From: Saccostrea echinata
Lineage: Eukaryota
Assembly: GCF_033153115.1 (NCBI RefSeq)
Contig: NW_026889764.1
Location: forward strand, 16,244,001 to 16,308,000
DNA: 64,000 bases
Reading direction: 5' to 3'
In this document: piece by piece, positions 26,100 through 40,439 of the stretch
Position numbering within the stretch: position 1 is the stretch's first letter
Layout: every line of letters begins with the position of its first letter
The notes under the pieces: model-generated
Told to the model about the DNA's origin: nothing
What the model saw: only the letters and a program-made list of their open reading frames with translations
Databases searched by the model: none
Program-made: the position numbers and the translations under genes

Positions 26100-28058
26100 A
26101 TGGGAATGGAGAAGATAAAATGGAATTTTCAAAGCCTGGATCAGCTTCACTACGCAGTGAATTCTACCTTACGATACGCCATGCAGAACGAGAGATGTAA
26201 ACGATGGTCTAAGGTAAGACAAGGGGTGCTGGTGGCTACAATATTATTGATAAATTTCTCTCTTCATAATTATACCCCCACCCCCTTTCCTACTCTTTTC
26301 TCTTTCCTAGCTATTCACTCTACGTGTCTGGGTCTGGTATATATATGCAATCTCTGTGACAGTACTGTGCTATTGCCAGTAAAATAAAGGAGGCCTTACA
26401 CAAATGAATGATTCAGTAGGTTGTACATGTTGATATTCAGCATACCTCTTATAGTTAGAGGTTAACAATTCTGTTGATTATTTCACACAATAGTTTATAC
26501 CTTAATATTTATAAAGCTAATAAATATTAAATCAATATATATATTTTCTCTCTCTCCAAAATATACTGTTCAAATGTTTCGTGGATTGAAAACTTTATAT
26601 TAAAAACAGGAAAGAAAGAGATATTTATTAACGAATATAGAATTTTGTCTGAAAAAGGAAAACAGAGAGAACGGGTAAATAGCTAAATTGTTTGGATATA
26701 TCTTCAAAAAAGTAAGTACCGTCTTTCCCTTTTGTGACCACCCTCTTGAAATGTGGAAAAGAAAGCAAATAATTCGATTACATGTCGACGAGAAGATTTT
26801 GACAATGTTTGACAACGTTTTATTGAGTTAGAGTACGACATGTTAGAGTTAAGTATAGACATTTCCTTGCTAAATACTCAGGTCCCATAAGCCAATTTAT
26901 TTTATTGTGAGCGTGTCAAACGAGGACGCTAGTTCTGGAGAGATTTTTAACGCGAAAGTAAACATTGATGAGATCGTTATATATCTTTATGATTTTAATT
27001 ACAATATTATCAGAAAAGTGCGACTATGAAGTAATCGATTCTATTTTTAGTGATAATTTGTACAAAGGTCGATTTAGTCTTAAAGTTCATAATTCAAATA
27101 AAGAGAGAGAGAGAGAGAGATTTCGGCTATATTATTGCCATCTGTTTTTGAACTGTCATTGCTAACTTTTTTTCTTGTTAAATGAAATTGCTATTTAAAT
27201 ATATATAATACATTTAAAAGCTGTTACATAAAGATGTAAAAGATAGATATGACATCAAATAGTACTTTTACATTTATTTACAATGTACGTATATTTTCCT
27301 TACTTTTCACATTTATTTCACACAAATGGAAACAAAGCAAGCTGAAATTAAATTGATTTTAATATGTTAAATGGTAGAAAACCATCATTATAATATTTTG
27401 ATCAATGAGGGAATACAGAGCACATAAAATAACTTTCTAAATACATGTAGATACAAAAATGTAGCGTCAATTGAACATGAAAAACAAAACTTAATACAAA
27501 AGATTAAATCAGATGGGGTTATTTCAGGCCCGTAGAACGCGGGGAGGAGGAGGGAGGGTGCCCTTTCTTACTTTTCTCTGATTATAGTATTTTCCTTTAG
27601 ATGCTGCCCCCCCCCCCCCCCCACACACACACACACATACTTTTTGATGTTGTAAGGTCGAGCACTGGCAAATTCCAAGATTTAGACCGTTTATTTATTT
27701 ATTTTTTTGCTTGTAAGATTTTTTTTTTTGGAACCCCCCCCCCCTCCCCACTGTTGAAACCGTTGCTACGGGGCCTGTATTTATAGTAAAAAGAAATAAA
27801 AGAAACGTTATTATCATCTTCCACACAATATTAATGATTTTTTTTATACCGGTTTTCCATACCCTGCCTATACTGTTGCAAAAGTAAAAGAATGCTTTAA
27901 GTTAGGTTTGTGTTATTCACTGAGAGGGGAAATTAAGAATTTTTTAAACTGGTTGAGATCAAACTTAACTTTCCAGGCGCGGATCCAGGATTTTTTTTCC
28001 GGGGGGGGGGGGGGTTCCACCCCAGTCAAAAAAAATCCAACCCAGAAATATGTTGATA

Positions 28059-28090
<32 letters not shown>

Positions 28091-31000
28091 CACACACACA
28101 AACACACCTACACTCACTCACACACAAACGGTAACTCGCCCAAACGTGAAAAACCTAGGGGGGGGGGGGGGGGGAATCGTTGACTTCTAATGCTTTGTAC
28201 CTATGACTTTTCATACCAACTAAACACAGATCCGCGTTTTCGAGGCGGGGTCTGCGTTTTCGGGGGGGGGGGGGTTCCAAGGTCACTTTTTACTTAGTTT
28301 AGTATATAAATTTAATAACTCTGCAAATTCCAGGGGGGTCCGGATCCCCCCTATCCCCCCTCCCCTCTAGATCAGCGCATGCTTTCAACTTCTACCAGAA
28401 ATAGACGATTTTTATATTTAAAAAAAATTGAGAGCATTCAGAACATTACTAGTATATTACAAAAATCATAAATCCTCTCCTGCAAAATGCAAATTAAATT
28501 TCCTCGTGTTAAATATATGTATTCATCAAGATAAGAAAAACTGACTGACTTTGAAGAGACACAATAAACATCAAACAATGGAAATAGAAAATAAGGATAC
28601 CCATATAGGACAGTCACTTAATACATTTTACTTTTACGTTTTTTTTCTCAGTTAAGTGCATACTGAATAATTGACTCCAAGTCGATGAGAAGTTTTTGAC
28701 AATGTTTGACATTGTTTTATTGATTTAGACGGATAAAGTCAAAATACTGCTTCGTCAAGTACTAGAGTCCTTACAGCCAACTACCTTTCATTGTGAGGTT
28801 GACGAACAAGAACCTGTTCTGGAGAGATTTATAACATGAAGGGAATTACTTTTAGTTATGAATATCTAATATATCTTGTATAAATCGATCAAAGTATTAC
28901 AAAGGAATGAACGTTTTGAGTGATCAATCTTAAGTCATTATCTTTTAAGCATTTTAGGGGAGAGAGAGAGAGAGAGTAGTACATTGGTGTTTAAAGAAAA
29001 GAGTTCATGTAGTAATGGATTCCCAAACGAATACAGTGTAATGATTAATACCAGTTATTGATAATGATGATAGAATTTGAATTCTATGATAATCGTAAGT
29101 GCAAGTACAACTCAGAACTTTTTCTGTAAAAAAAGAGGGAGGTGTCCTAAATACTTCGATATTTGTCACTACGCTTTAAAACTTTTGTTTAAAAATTTAA
29201 AGAATTAAATTTTGAACACGTCATCAGAGTTAATATGAGGACAAAACCACGAAGAACTAATTAAAAAAAGGGCTCTTAAAAATATGCACCGTGAAAACCT
29301 AGAGATAAACTCTGAAATTGGACAATAAAATCTTAAAATAGAACCTAACACACACATAAAAAAAAAAAACTTTTGCTGTTAATTAATCAAAATTAACATT
29401 ATGCCTTGTTGCGTATCAGTGAGTCTTTAATGCAAGAAATACCTGGGTAAACCCGAGTTTGTTATATTCCTTTGTTACCTTGTAAGATAAGGAAAACTGA
29501 ACTTAAAGATTTTAGCACATACACGATAAAGATGTCGACGGGTTGATTTAAATCGTTAATACCTGTAAGATTTAATTAATTATGGCTGAAACACACGTCA
29601 TCCTGTTATCTCTACCCAAGTAAACCCGGGAAAGAGAGTCTTTTTACAGATATAGTCTTTTCATTTTTACATAACCTGGAAGATATATAGAATTTAGAAC
29701 TGATATATAAATGAATAATTAAATGTACTTTAATTCTCTATAAAATAATTTTAAGCCATACGACCCATCAGCATGCCTAGACAGTGTTCATTATTACCTG
29801 GTGTTATTGTGAAAATCAAATAATCGAATATGTTGATAAATATATTAAATATGTTAAAAAACAAATTCAAAACACAAGTAATTTTATCCGACCTCAAAAT
29901 CAGTTGCTAAAGATGGTTGAAATGTGGGGTTAATTTAGGTAATGTTCTCCTGTTCCATGATCAAAGGCGTCGGAAGCAAATTGAAAGGGGGGGGCTAATT
30001 GAAAGGGGGGGGCTAAACCAGCGAAAAAAGGTAAGCCTCAATTTTCAATGCCTATATTATATCTATCTTTGCCAAAAAAGTGGGGGGGGGGGGGGCTAAG
30101 CCCCCTCCCCCCCCCCCGGTTCCGACGCCTATGAAGATTAATTTTGACTTGGTCAGTGCATAACGATCATTTCGGTTCCAACAGCTATTTAAAGTGTCTT
30201 TGTTAAAAATGATTTTCATCATGAAAAAAAAAGAACCTATACTATATTTGATTTTTATCAGAACTTTGCAAGTTTTGCATTAATCCTAAAATACTTAAGC
30301 TTTTTTTTTGAACTTCAAAAGCATACATATTAATTTCTTACGAAGCAGAACTTTTTTTTTAATTGAAGGTGATAGAGACTTATAACCTGGTTCTTTGGAT
30401 GATCGACTTGAAGAATCTCCCGGATGATTACGAGCCACCAGCCCTATACAACATGCTGGTATGTAGATAACTTATGTTTCAACGTCTCTGTGTGTGTTTA
30501 GAATAAATTAAACTTGACCAAATCACTTTGTTATATACATGTATTACTATCCCGGATATAAAGCTCTTCGTGTTTCACTTAATTCTATCAACAAAACAGA
30601 GGGCTATGTGCAGGTGCTTCAACCTCCAGATCTTAGCGGTTGTTATAAAACTAACTATGTTGTAAAAACAGCAACAATGTTTAAGTATTAATCATATGCA
30701 AAAAATTATTGTATTGCAGATGTATGAGACATATTATCACATTGGAGTCGCCTATCAACACATAGGCGATCATAAAAGAGCATCAGAAGCTTACACAAAC
30801 GCCATCAACACAGTGTCTATTCTTAAGGTATAGTGATCTCTCTTGACGATAATAATTTTTTGAATAAATAGTGTCTCCAAAACATATAGCTGCAGATCTG
30901 TAGCTCGCTGGTCTGAAAAAATATTGAGATGGACGACCAGAGAGCTAACAGTGTCACCTATTGAAAAAAAGTGTACATTTTAGCGCACAAAAAAGTGCGC

Positions 31001-32549
31001 TGTTTATTTCACCGTATATTTCAAAATTCATGTATTACTGACCGTGTGTTCCTAACATATTCTTTTACTACATCCACAACAAAACTGCATGCACAATTAA
31101 GTCATGCACGGGGCGGGTTGGATCATTGTCTTATAACCCAAAAGGGAGTATGAATAAGCTTAGATACTTTTTTCAATGGAGGCACTATAGCTCTCTGGTC
31201 ATCCATCCCAATTTTTTCCAGACCAGAGAGCTACGGATCTGCAGCTACTAAACATACAAATGATTCAGAAAATGAAAAGAAATAATAGTTTCTTATATGT
31301 ATTATTAGTCTCATAATTTTAGAATGGTTGTTTGGCTGGATGTGTCACCAATTCCTGTCTGATGACGCCATTATACGCAAGAAGAGCTTTTGCATATGTT
31401 CGAATAGGTAAAAGAAATATATCACTGTATACAACGAATCTGCATTCATTTTGTTTGGAAAGTACTCTAGAGAGACGTTTTATTTTTTTTAAATTCATTT
31501 TTAGATGTAAAATCTTTTTCACAGAACCTCTAAAGAATTAAACTTGAATAAAAGGAAAGATCGCCTAATAAAAATAAAGTTTATCAATTGAAGTATCACA
31601 AAAGAATCTAGACTTTTCTGACTTCAAATACATTTTAGGTGATATGAAAAGTGCAATGAAAGACGCCGAGAAGGCGGTGGTGCTGGACAGTAAAAATCCA
31701 GTAAGTGATGAATGTTCTAGGTATCTCTGTATACAATGACTCCATATCTGGCATACTAGATAGCACCAGAATTAATGGCAAGTATTCGTTTGTGTCAAAA
31801 GTATGAGTAGTATATTTTGATACACTCCTCTAGATGATACCTGGGTTACTTATTAAAGATTAAAACTCAGTTTTGGGTTATTAATCTTAAGAAAGACATA
31901 CTGTTAAACCAGGTGTATAAAATACACTAGTGCTGTTCTTGTAAGTAACTTTTGCTAACAAGTAAACTCCTTTCTGTGTCTTAAGCAGAAAGTAGATTGC
32001 AATAAAGTACGAAAATACGGTAAACATATAATGTCTATCTATTTACAAGGATTATTGAAATTAAAATTATAATACTCTACTTCCAAACACTTTTTTGACG
32101 ATGTCATTGTGAGTTATGAAGACCACCCTGAAAGGAAGCTTAGAACTGGGTTTCACTCTAATCTTTCTTTTTTTTTTCAAATGGATTAAATACTCTTTTA
32201 TACCTTTCCGTTGTGCATGTAGTTTAGAATATTTGTTTTAGAGTGCAATAAGTATTTATGAAGCATTTCTATGTTACTATCTCTTTTCGCAAACTACAGA
32301 TTTGGGAGGTTACTATATTGAATCATTATTTCATTTAAGGATGTATACTGTATCCGAGCTTTAACAAAGAGTTCAGATGACAACGAAGGAGCGGTAAGAT
32401 ACATGACATGACATTTGAATCAAAACAAGATTATTAATAACTGAAAATAAATTCTATCAAAATATACTTAACTTCCTGCAATGACTTCGATTACAAAGAG
32501 AAAAAAAGAAAATAAAATATTTGAATTAACACTGTAAAACATTTTCACG

Positions 32550-32595
<46 letters not shown>

Positions 32596-32665
32596 CATTT
32601 TGTCCGTCTTCCGTCTGTCTAGCTGTGTGTCTGTCCGTCCGTCTGTAAACTTTTCACATTTTCGA

Positions 32666-32761
<96 letters not shown>

Positions 32762-33623
32762 CCCTCTTTCAAGGGGAGATAATTAAGCATTAGTGAAAAT
32801 TTGGTTGTATCTTTTAAAAATCTTCTTCTCAAGAACCACTGGACTGTAAAAGTTGAAACTTATGTGAGACCTTCATTACATGTACATAGTGTATATTCAA
32901 GTTTGTTTAAATCATGACCCCCTGGGGAAGGGTGGGGCCACAATGGGGGATCAAAGTTTTTCATAGGAATATATAGGAATAAATCTTTAAAAATCTTCTC
33001 CTCAAGAACAACTAGGCCAATGTTAGTCATATTGATATGGAATAATCCTCAGGTAGTGTAGATTCAAATTTGTTCAAATCATGACCCCCAGGGGGTTAGG
33101 GTGGGGCCACAATGGGGGATCAAAGTTTTACATAGGAATATATAGGAAAAAACTTTAAAAATCTTCTTCTCAAGAACAGCAAAGCCATGTTTTGTCATAT
33201 TGATATGGAAGTATCTTCAGGTAGTGTAGATTCAAGTTTGTTCAAATCATAACCTCCAGGGGTAGGGTGGGGCCACAATGTGGGATCAAATTTTTACATA
33301 GGAATATATAGGAAAAAATCTTTTCAACAACAGAAAAGCCATGTTTAGTCATATTGATATGGAATCATCCTCAGGTAGTGTAGATTCAAGTTTGTTCAAA
33401 TGATTGGGGGGGGGGGGGGGGTAGGGAGGGTCCACAATGGGGGATCAAATTTTTAACAAGGGAATATATGGGAAAAAAATCTTCAAAAATCTTCTGCTCA
33501 AGAACAGCAAAGCTATTTGTTATATTGATATGGAAGCATCCTCAGGAAGTTCAAAATCCAAGACCCCCCCCCCCCTAAACTTTTCAATACTGAAGTGATT
33601 TGTGCTTTTTCCTAGCCAATGTG

Positions 33624-33659
<36 letters not shown>

Positions 33660-34630
33660 CCTCTCTCACAGGCTTTAAAGGATGTTGAGCTTGCACTAAA
33701 GCTAAAACCAGGCCACCTTTGTTCTTTGATGTTGCGATCAGCACTTACAAAGCCATTGGTAAAAAAAAAAATATTATTTTTTTTAGAATAGTATTAATGA
33801 TATCTATTATCCTATAGAAATAGTATTTACAATGTTAGAATAAATGTTCCCATAGTTTCTCTTTGTAGTTATTGGAAAATTAATTAATATAATAAAGTGT
33901 ATGGGCTGTAAGTTAATTTTTCGCTATATACTAAATGTTAAAAAGGAATTATATAATCAAGAAATTTCCATGTATATTTTTGCGAATTTAAACAACTGCG
34001 ATCAGGTAACAACTGAAAAAAAGCGAAATTATACACCAGAAAAGATTAATCTCTATAATATTGGAGATTTCACTAGAACTCTTCTATACTATTTATTTAG
34101 CATGTTAGATTTATATGTTGGGTATAAGCCCATGCTTACAATTACAATGACCTTCAACTTGAATGAGCTCAAGAATTTTTAGATTTTGTTAAATTAGTTA
34201 AGAAATGTTTTATCTACATGTACAAAGAAATCATATCCAACGTCTATTACAGTTTTATGAAAAAAATGATGATCAATAAATTATAGGTTGACGATTTACA
34301 GATGACGGTAATATAGATTATAAGTACATGTATATTACAAATTTGTAGGAAAGGAGTACGCTTTTTTCAGGGATTTTGACGTTTTTTATGTGGTGGACAA
34401 ATATACAATTGTAATGATAATCTGTTTTGATTTCTTTTCGATTTGGAATGAAGGTTTCACAATTTTCAAGTTTACTTGCCGTGGTCCAGAAGGTATCTCA
34501 CATCATATTTACGTTGTGTTTGGAGTGTGTTGTTTTTATACTAATCTAAGAAAGATCTTGGCTGCTAGCATGTGTAAGCTCTTGTTACCACTCAAGATTG
34601 TTATTTCAATTTCTTTTTCACAGAATTTCC

Positions 34631-34672
<42 letters not shown>

Positions 34673-37600
34673 TAATTTTACATATACTGGTAGTACAAGA
34701 AAGTAATTATTTTTAAAATACAAGGTACATCATGCTTTTTATTTGTTTTCAGGAGTCAAAAAAGAAACTTTTTATATCTTATCATTTTATATCATAACAC
34801 AATTAAAAAGAAAGTTTTAATAAGTAGCTGTTCTCAGAAGCTAAAAAGAGTGTGTAAATAAATTGTTTATTCTGTAGACAATTATTAAATGTAGAGGCTT
34901 TGTTTTGAACGGGACGTGCTTTGTCAGACTTTGTGATTGATATTAGAATGTATATTATGTTTTATATAAAATTCATTTTACTTTAGAAACTACGTAAGTT
35001 TCACGGAATATTTTGAACTTTCATCTGATAAGAAACACATTTTAATGGAAACAAAAGCAACAACGTTTTTCTACGTTGATGGTACCTAGTATTTTCCGAG
35101 GTACATAAGCAAGCACTACTGAACCATATTGCAAAGTTCTTTAACGTAATTGTATGTAATGTCCATTTGTAAATCACATATGAAAACAACTGTGTCATTC
35201 AGCTGCACCTACCAATACGATTACATGCCTGTGGACTGGTCATTTTTAAATTGTATGCGAGACAACTCCTACTTGCCTTCCCGTTGAAATGTTTTTTCCT
35301 TAACATGTCTTCGTTCTCCAAATTTAATGTATGATTTTTTTTAACTTACCTGTATTAACCTTTACTTATTTGAACATTACTCCAGCTATAATTATTTAAA
35401 AACTGTAGCGGGAAAAATGTCAAGATGATATTTATAAGGTGTGTGTGAAGACGTATCAAGTTACCTTATGTCGCTAATAGATGCCTGTGAGTTACGATAT
35501 CAATGTTTTATTTGTACATCTCAGAGGGATTTTGACTTTGTTGAAAAAATTCTATTTAATCTGCTTCAAAATTTTGCAATGTTTTTTTTATTATTATTAC
35601 ATGTTAATTATCAAGCCTTGATAAGTTGATAAATTGAAATCACGTTTAATTTAACAATATTACGCTAATTCTTTTATTTTTTTAATTCATTATGATAGAT
35701 TTACTATATTTGAATTTTAACCACAAATATATTGTATCATGAGTTTTGTAAGTATTTTTTCTCACTTTATGTTATGACTCTTTAACGAGAATGTATTTAT
35801 TGTATATTTGAATAGGTGGACGCAATGAAATCCGAAAATGACAGCTGTGCCACAGTTTCAAATTTCAGACATCCATGCATTATGGAATTTTATGACAAGT
35901 ATTTTTTTTTCCCCAGTCGATTTTATAATAATGATCAACAATTGCAAATCCGGTTTTTGAAAGCATGCAAATTACATCAGCTTATATGATAATATACAAA
36001 CGTGTAAGTACATAACATACACTTTCTCAATAATTAACGTCTTTGACCTCAAGTTTTCCTGTTTAATTTTTGCAGATATCTGTTTACACTGTGTGTACCA
36101 CACACTGTTGTTCAAATTGACCTTACGCCAAACAAACCCAGCAAGAAACAATTAGCAGGTCGGTACATTTGACTGTGTCCAATTCATTCAAGATATTTTC
36201 ATTTCATCAAATGTATTTAAAAAATTCATTTACTGTAAAACAAGATATAAAACAACATAGAATCAATAAAAAATATACAAACTATTTTTTAAAGTTAACT
36301 TACTATAAGATAAATAGAGACTGTGCAAGTTGTTTCAGTAAGTATTATATGTACTTGTTTCACTCGAAGTGGGGATAATGGTTTCTTGATATGCAACCCA
36401 TATTTGGTCAAAGTGTTATTATATATTTACCAGTTAAGCGACAATCACGAATTATTACTTTTTTTTTTGTAAAGAGTCACAAAAAGAACCAGCACAAAGC
36501 ACACTAAAACAGAGGCCAGTTTCTGCACCAGACAGAATATCTGTTGAGCCCTTTAAGTGTGGGACGCCATGTAAAGAATTTGACAAAATGGCAACAAGGA
36601 GACGAAAAGACTACGGAGAGGCAATCCGGAAACATATAAGTCGACCGAAAACAGCGAATGCATTCTTTGGTACGTATTCTTGTAATATACATTGTACATA
36701 CTTATATAATCAGTTTTGCTTGGCACAGTGAAGGACGAAATGAAATTTGAATAAAGATTGATATTTTCTTTATGTTGAATTATTACTAGTTCAGTTACAT
36801 GATATAATGGGAATAGGTTTGGAAGAAAATATTTTCCAATAGGAGGCGTTTAATTAAGTAAAGAAAAACTGCATAATTTTAAAGCATTTTTGCCTTATTT
36901 ATCCAAATAATTGATGAGTAGATGAATTTAAGGTTTATAGTTGTACCAGTATTTAATGAAGCAATTGAATCTAGTCTATAGAGTATGAAAAGAATGAATT
37001 TGATACATGACTCGTTTATATGCAGAACAATTAGAACGTGAGCGGAAGAAACAGGCCGACATTACAGAAATGGAGAGACGGCGAGTTGTTTCAGCAGGCG
37101 TCAAGCGTCTAAATGAGACTGCATTAGTTTCCGGAACTGCGCATGCTGAGTCACACGCAAAGCTAAACAAGCGGTACCATTCAGCACCACTAACGCGCCT
37201 GACAGGGGCAAAATTAAATACAACATCAACAACAATACAAGATCTAGAAAGTTCCAAGCCACCAAAGCCACAGAAACCACATTATGATAAAGAAAACAAA
37301 GAAAATATATCGAGGTCATCCACCAAAAATAGTGCGAAGGAATCCGAATTACGCAGAAATAAATCAGTTACAATTACAGAAAATTCACCAAATGTAAAGA
37401 AAATATCTTCCTCCAAAAAATTTACATTTCCTACTCCAGTTAATTATTCAACACCTGTAAGTATCCTTGTTCTTTTTAAAATGGATTTTTTCAAAGCCTA
37501 TCTGAAAATTGTTTTTATCACTATCGGTGTTTCCTCTTAAGGGGAAAACTTCAAAGTTTGGTATGCCTCTTTTTTCTTAAATACATGTTATTGCCTTTTG

Positions 37601-38018
37601 ATATATTTTTGTACAACAATATTGGTAATTTCTTTGAAATTGAAAAATCATAAAAAAAAACATACAAACACTTGATAGAAACTATTGATCTTTAGGTATT
37701 TCAACCGGTGAATATACGGGATGCCCCGAGGATGTATTACAAGTAAGCAACGTCTTTGCCCTTCTACTCTGATTTTGTTTCATAATAATGCTAGAATTCA
37801 AATTTTCACTTCGATTAAAGGTTAATTTTAAAAGGGTTCAATAGTCAATAGAAGCTTTTTTTACTGGTATTAATTTAAATGAAGTTTAATCAATAGCTAT
37901 CAAAATATTAGAAAATATACGTTCAATATTTTTTTTTTTTGTACCTAGACCTTGGAAAGGAGATATGTTACCTGTTGCAGAAGTAAATCGACATATCCTT
38001 GCACCATGTTGGAAGTAA
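26100..38018 (+). CDS. TPR-repeat protein with basic, disordered C-terminal half (~502 aa, 13 exons identified)
   Basis: Exons 26100-26213, 30369-30458, 30720-30827, 31323-31407, 31639-31700, 32340-32393, 33672-33758, 35816-35898, 36076-36158, 36475-36669, 37026-37456, 37696-37742, 37949-38018. GT-AG introns, phases join, total 1509 nt. TPR-like segments: YYHIGVAYQHIGDHKRASEAYTNAI, LYARRAFAYVRIGDMKSAMKDAEKAVVLDSKNP, VYCIRAL...ALKDVELALKLKPGH. AATAAA at ~38269. An extra small exon between 33758 and 35816 cannot be excluded. Confidence 0.82.
27525..27777. mobile_element. MITE with 5-bp TSD (hAT5-like)
   Basis: CAGGCCCGTAG...CTACGGGGCCTG, flanked by TATTT on both sides. Confidence 0.8.
27974..28381. 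mobile_element. MITE with 5-bp TSD (hAT5-like), same family as 4584-4923
   Basis: CAGGCGCGGATCC...GATCAGCGCATG, flanked by CTTTC. Confidence 0.8.
29962..30133. mobile_element. Short MITE with probable 5-bp TSD
   Basis: CAAAGGCGTCGGAA...TTCCGACGCCTATG; flanks ATGAT/AAGAT (one mismatch). Confidence 0.7.
30887..31247. mobile_element. Non-autonomous TIR element starting with TAG (Academ-like by terminus), in a TPR gene intron
   Basis: Long imperfect TIRs TAGCTGCAGATCTGTAGCTC..GGTCTG / CAGACCAGAGAGCTACGGATCTGCAGCTA. A related inverted copy lies at ~62470-62939. Confidence 0.75.
32550..33658 (+). mobile_element. Second HINE with Cg170-like ~166-bp tandem units, in a TPR gene intron
   Basis: Same termini as 9817-11416 (TTTTAGCTCACCTGAGCCGAAGGCTCAAGTGAGC ... 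CAGGTGAGCGATGTGGCCCATGGGCCTCTTGTT), GTCC/GTCT microsatellite, about 5 diverged units. Confidence 0.9.
34632..34670. repeat. (TAT)n microsatellite
   Basis: Seen directly in the sequence. Confidence 0.95.
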
Positions 38019-39319
38019 TACACAAGTACCATGTGTGACACGGTTTAATTTGATAATATCTTACTATTGCTATGAAAGAAAACTATTTTTATGGAAATAA
38101 ATTATGTCCATGAATTTCAACCTTTTTTGAAAATATCTTTTTTTTTTTTTAATTTAGTAAAATGACGATGATCAACATTACATTAATGCGATGTACATTA
38201 TCTGCATGGTACATACAATGTAGATGTACATGTATACCATTGTTATGTTTTATTGCTTTGGCAAATATGAATAAAAGCACATGTATCTGATATACTTTTG
38301 CAAGTTATAACCACGTTTTGTTGAGGGTTTGGCCAAGACGTCCGTGAATTGAATGGAAGCAGTAATATTATGGAAGCAGTAACACCCAAAATTTAAAATT
38401 TCATAAAACAATTTTTTTTCATTTTATAATTATTACTTCAAGAATTATTTATGGAAAATGATGTGTCAATAAACGACACAGCTCAAATTTTCGTACATGT
38501 ATATCACCGCCACCAAAAAGTAGAGCACAAAGTGAGCCGTTTCGGTTTGTTTTTATACTTTGTTGACATACATGTTTTCCTTCATTGTATATTACATACA
38601 CAACAGCTGCTGACAGTAATTCACCTCTGATGAAGAAATAGGGAAATACAAACTCTATGAATTAAAAACGGTACGAAAATAAATGGAGGTAAATAAAAGA
38701 ATTGGGGTGTCCTACTGTGTAATCTGTCTTTTTCAATTGATTTGTACACCGAGTAGAGTGTTACATGGTGCAATATGGCCCTCTTGACGTCACGTCATAT
38801 ATAAAGTTAGCTCTAATTAATAATCGAACGTGAATTTTAATCAATAATCACATTCTGAGCGTGTAGAGAACTTTGACTGCGAAGGACAGTCATCTCTGAA
38901 GGAAAAAATTAATGAACCAACTTAAATTCCATTACACTTTTAACAAGTAATGAAATATCATTCTGTCAATCATCTTTTAAAACAACCTAATATGTCTCAG
39001 AGACTTGAGGTTAGAAGAACTTTATATTAAATTTTTAAAAGTTGCAAGATCATTATAAATTCTAAATTTACATTCGGTTTATTTCTTCACCACTAACATG
39101 ATAGTGGAAAATTGATATTTGATACATAGATTAATTTAATCTCTGGTTATCGCACAAAAGCCTCAGCAACATAACACAACAAGAGGTGGAGCTTTCTATG
39201 AATATCGCTCCACCTCCTACACACAGGTGGATTAAATTCCCAATGTCTAGGATCTGCATGCGCAATTTTCATCTCTGTGCATATTCAACTTTAACCGTAA
39301 TAAAGAACTCTTCACAGTC

Positions 39320-39412
39320 ATGGAGGTCTCAGCATGGTTTCTGATGCTAGGAATATTTTGTCCTATCGTCCATTCTTCTTTTGACTCAGACATGGAAAAA
39401 GTTTTACCAACA
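39320..39412 (+). CDS. Putative signal-peptide first exon of a secreted protein (possibly a decaying gene)
   Basis: MEVSAWFLMLGIFCPIVHSSFDSDMEKVLPT followed by a perfect donor GTAAGT. The next candidate exon (39690-39764) has in-frame stops. Confidence 0.45.
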
Positions 39413-40439
39413 GTAAGTTAATTTCGTCCTTTAAAAGTCAAAGTTGTTTTGGTATAATTATTATTAATTATTATTTAAAGAATATAGTCTTGACTACCTT
39501 TTCTAAAAATATCTAATATGCATATTATACATTGTATCAAGATTAACTAAAATAAATAGGACAAATGCAGACGATTTATAGTTTAGAGATGAACATTATT
39601 ACACTAACATTTTTCGTTCTCCTACTGGTAAAAGGTAAAGTTTGACTCGCATTTTTTTAAGCGTTGTTATAATTGCCAATTATTTTCAGTCAGAGTTTAA
39701 CATAATTATACCCCATGAATAAGAAGGAAAATGAAGATTTTTTGTCGGGTATCTGTCAAATAATGTAAGAATGTTATTGTCAGTTACTGTACCTAACAGG
39801 TGTCGTGTATATTTTCATTTTTCTACTACTCCGTAGATGATGTATTTTAGAATTAAAAGATTCTTGATTTCAAAAAAGGTTGTTTTTTTTTAATTATAAT
39901 TATTTTCTATGAACAGCAATGAATGGGGAATTATTATTTTAAAAAAAATTGAAGAAAATCATTTTTTTTTTTCAAAAGCAGAGCTAATCCTCGGCACGAA
40001 TTTGCAGTTGAACCCATAAACCCCCCGAAATTCACGAAGTTAACTATACATCAATATGTTGCAGTACACAATTATTGAGAGTTGCCCTGCGCACCTGTTA
40101 CCTTTGTGCTAGAAATTATCAATATATATTTATTCTCATAAATAAAGGTATAGACTCCCTCGCCAGGCATTAACCCCGAACAAAAATATCAGTTTTCCAA
40201 CGGTTGATATCTTCCTTTATTTGTCGAAATAAGATGCTAATTTCATATAATTTTTGTTCTCAGAAAATTAGCTAAAAATTACACAGTGAATGAGGTCTGT
40301 TTCTCTTATGAATACACTGAACAAAGGCTTACTAAGAAGTCTAGCTGTGGCCTTCAATTCGAAATTTATATATACATGTATCAACGGTGTTTCATCAACA
40401 GTATTCATTTTCATTCATTTGTTGATTTGATATATTCTA

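Noticed and set aside
38625-38650. CTGATGA...GAAA as another hammerhead ribozyme
   Set aside because: No stem II can form between the core motifs.
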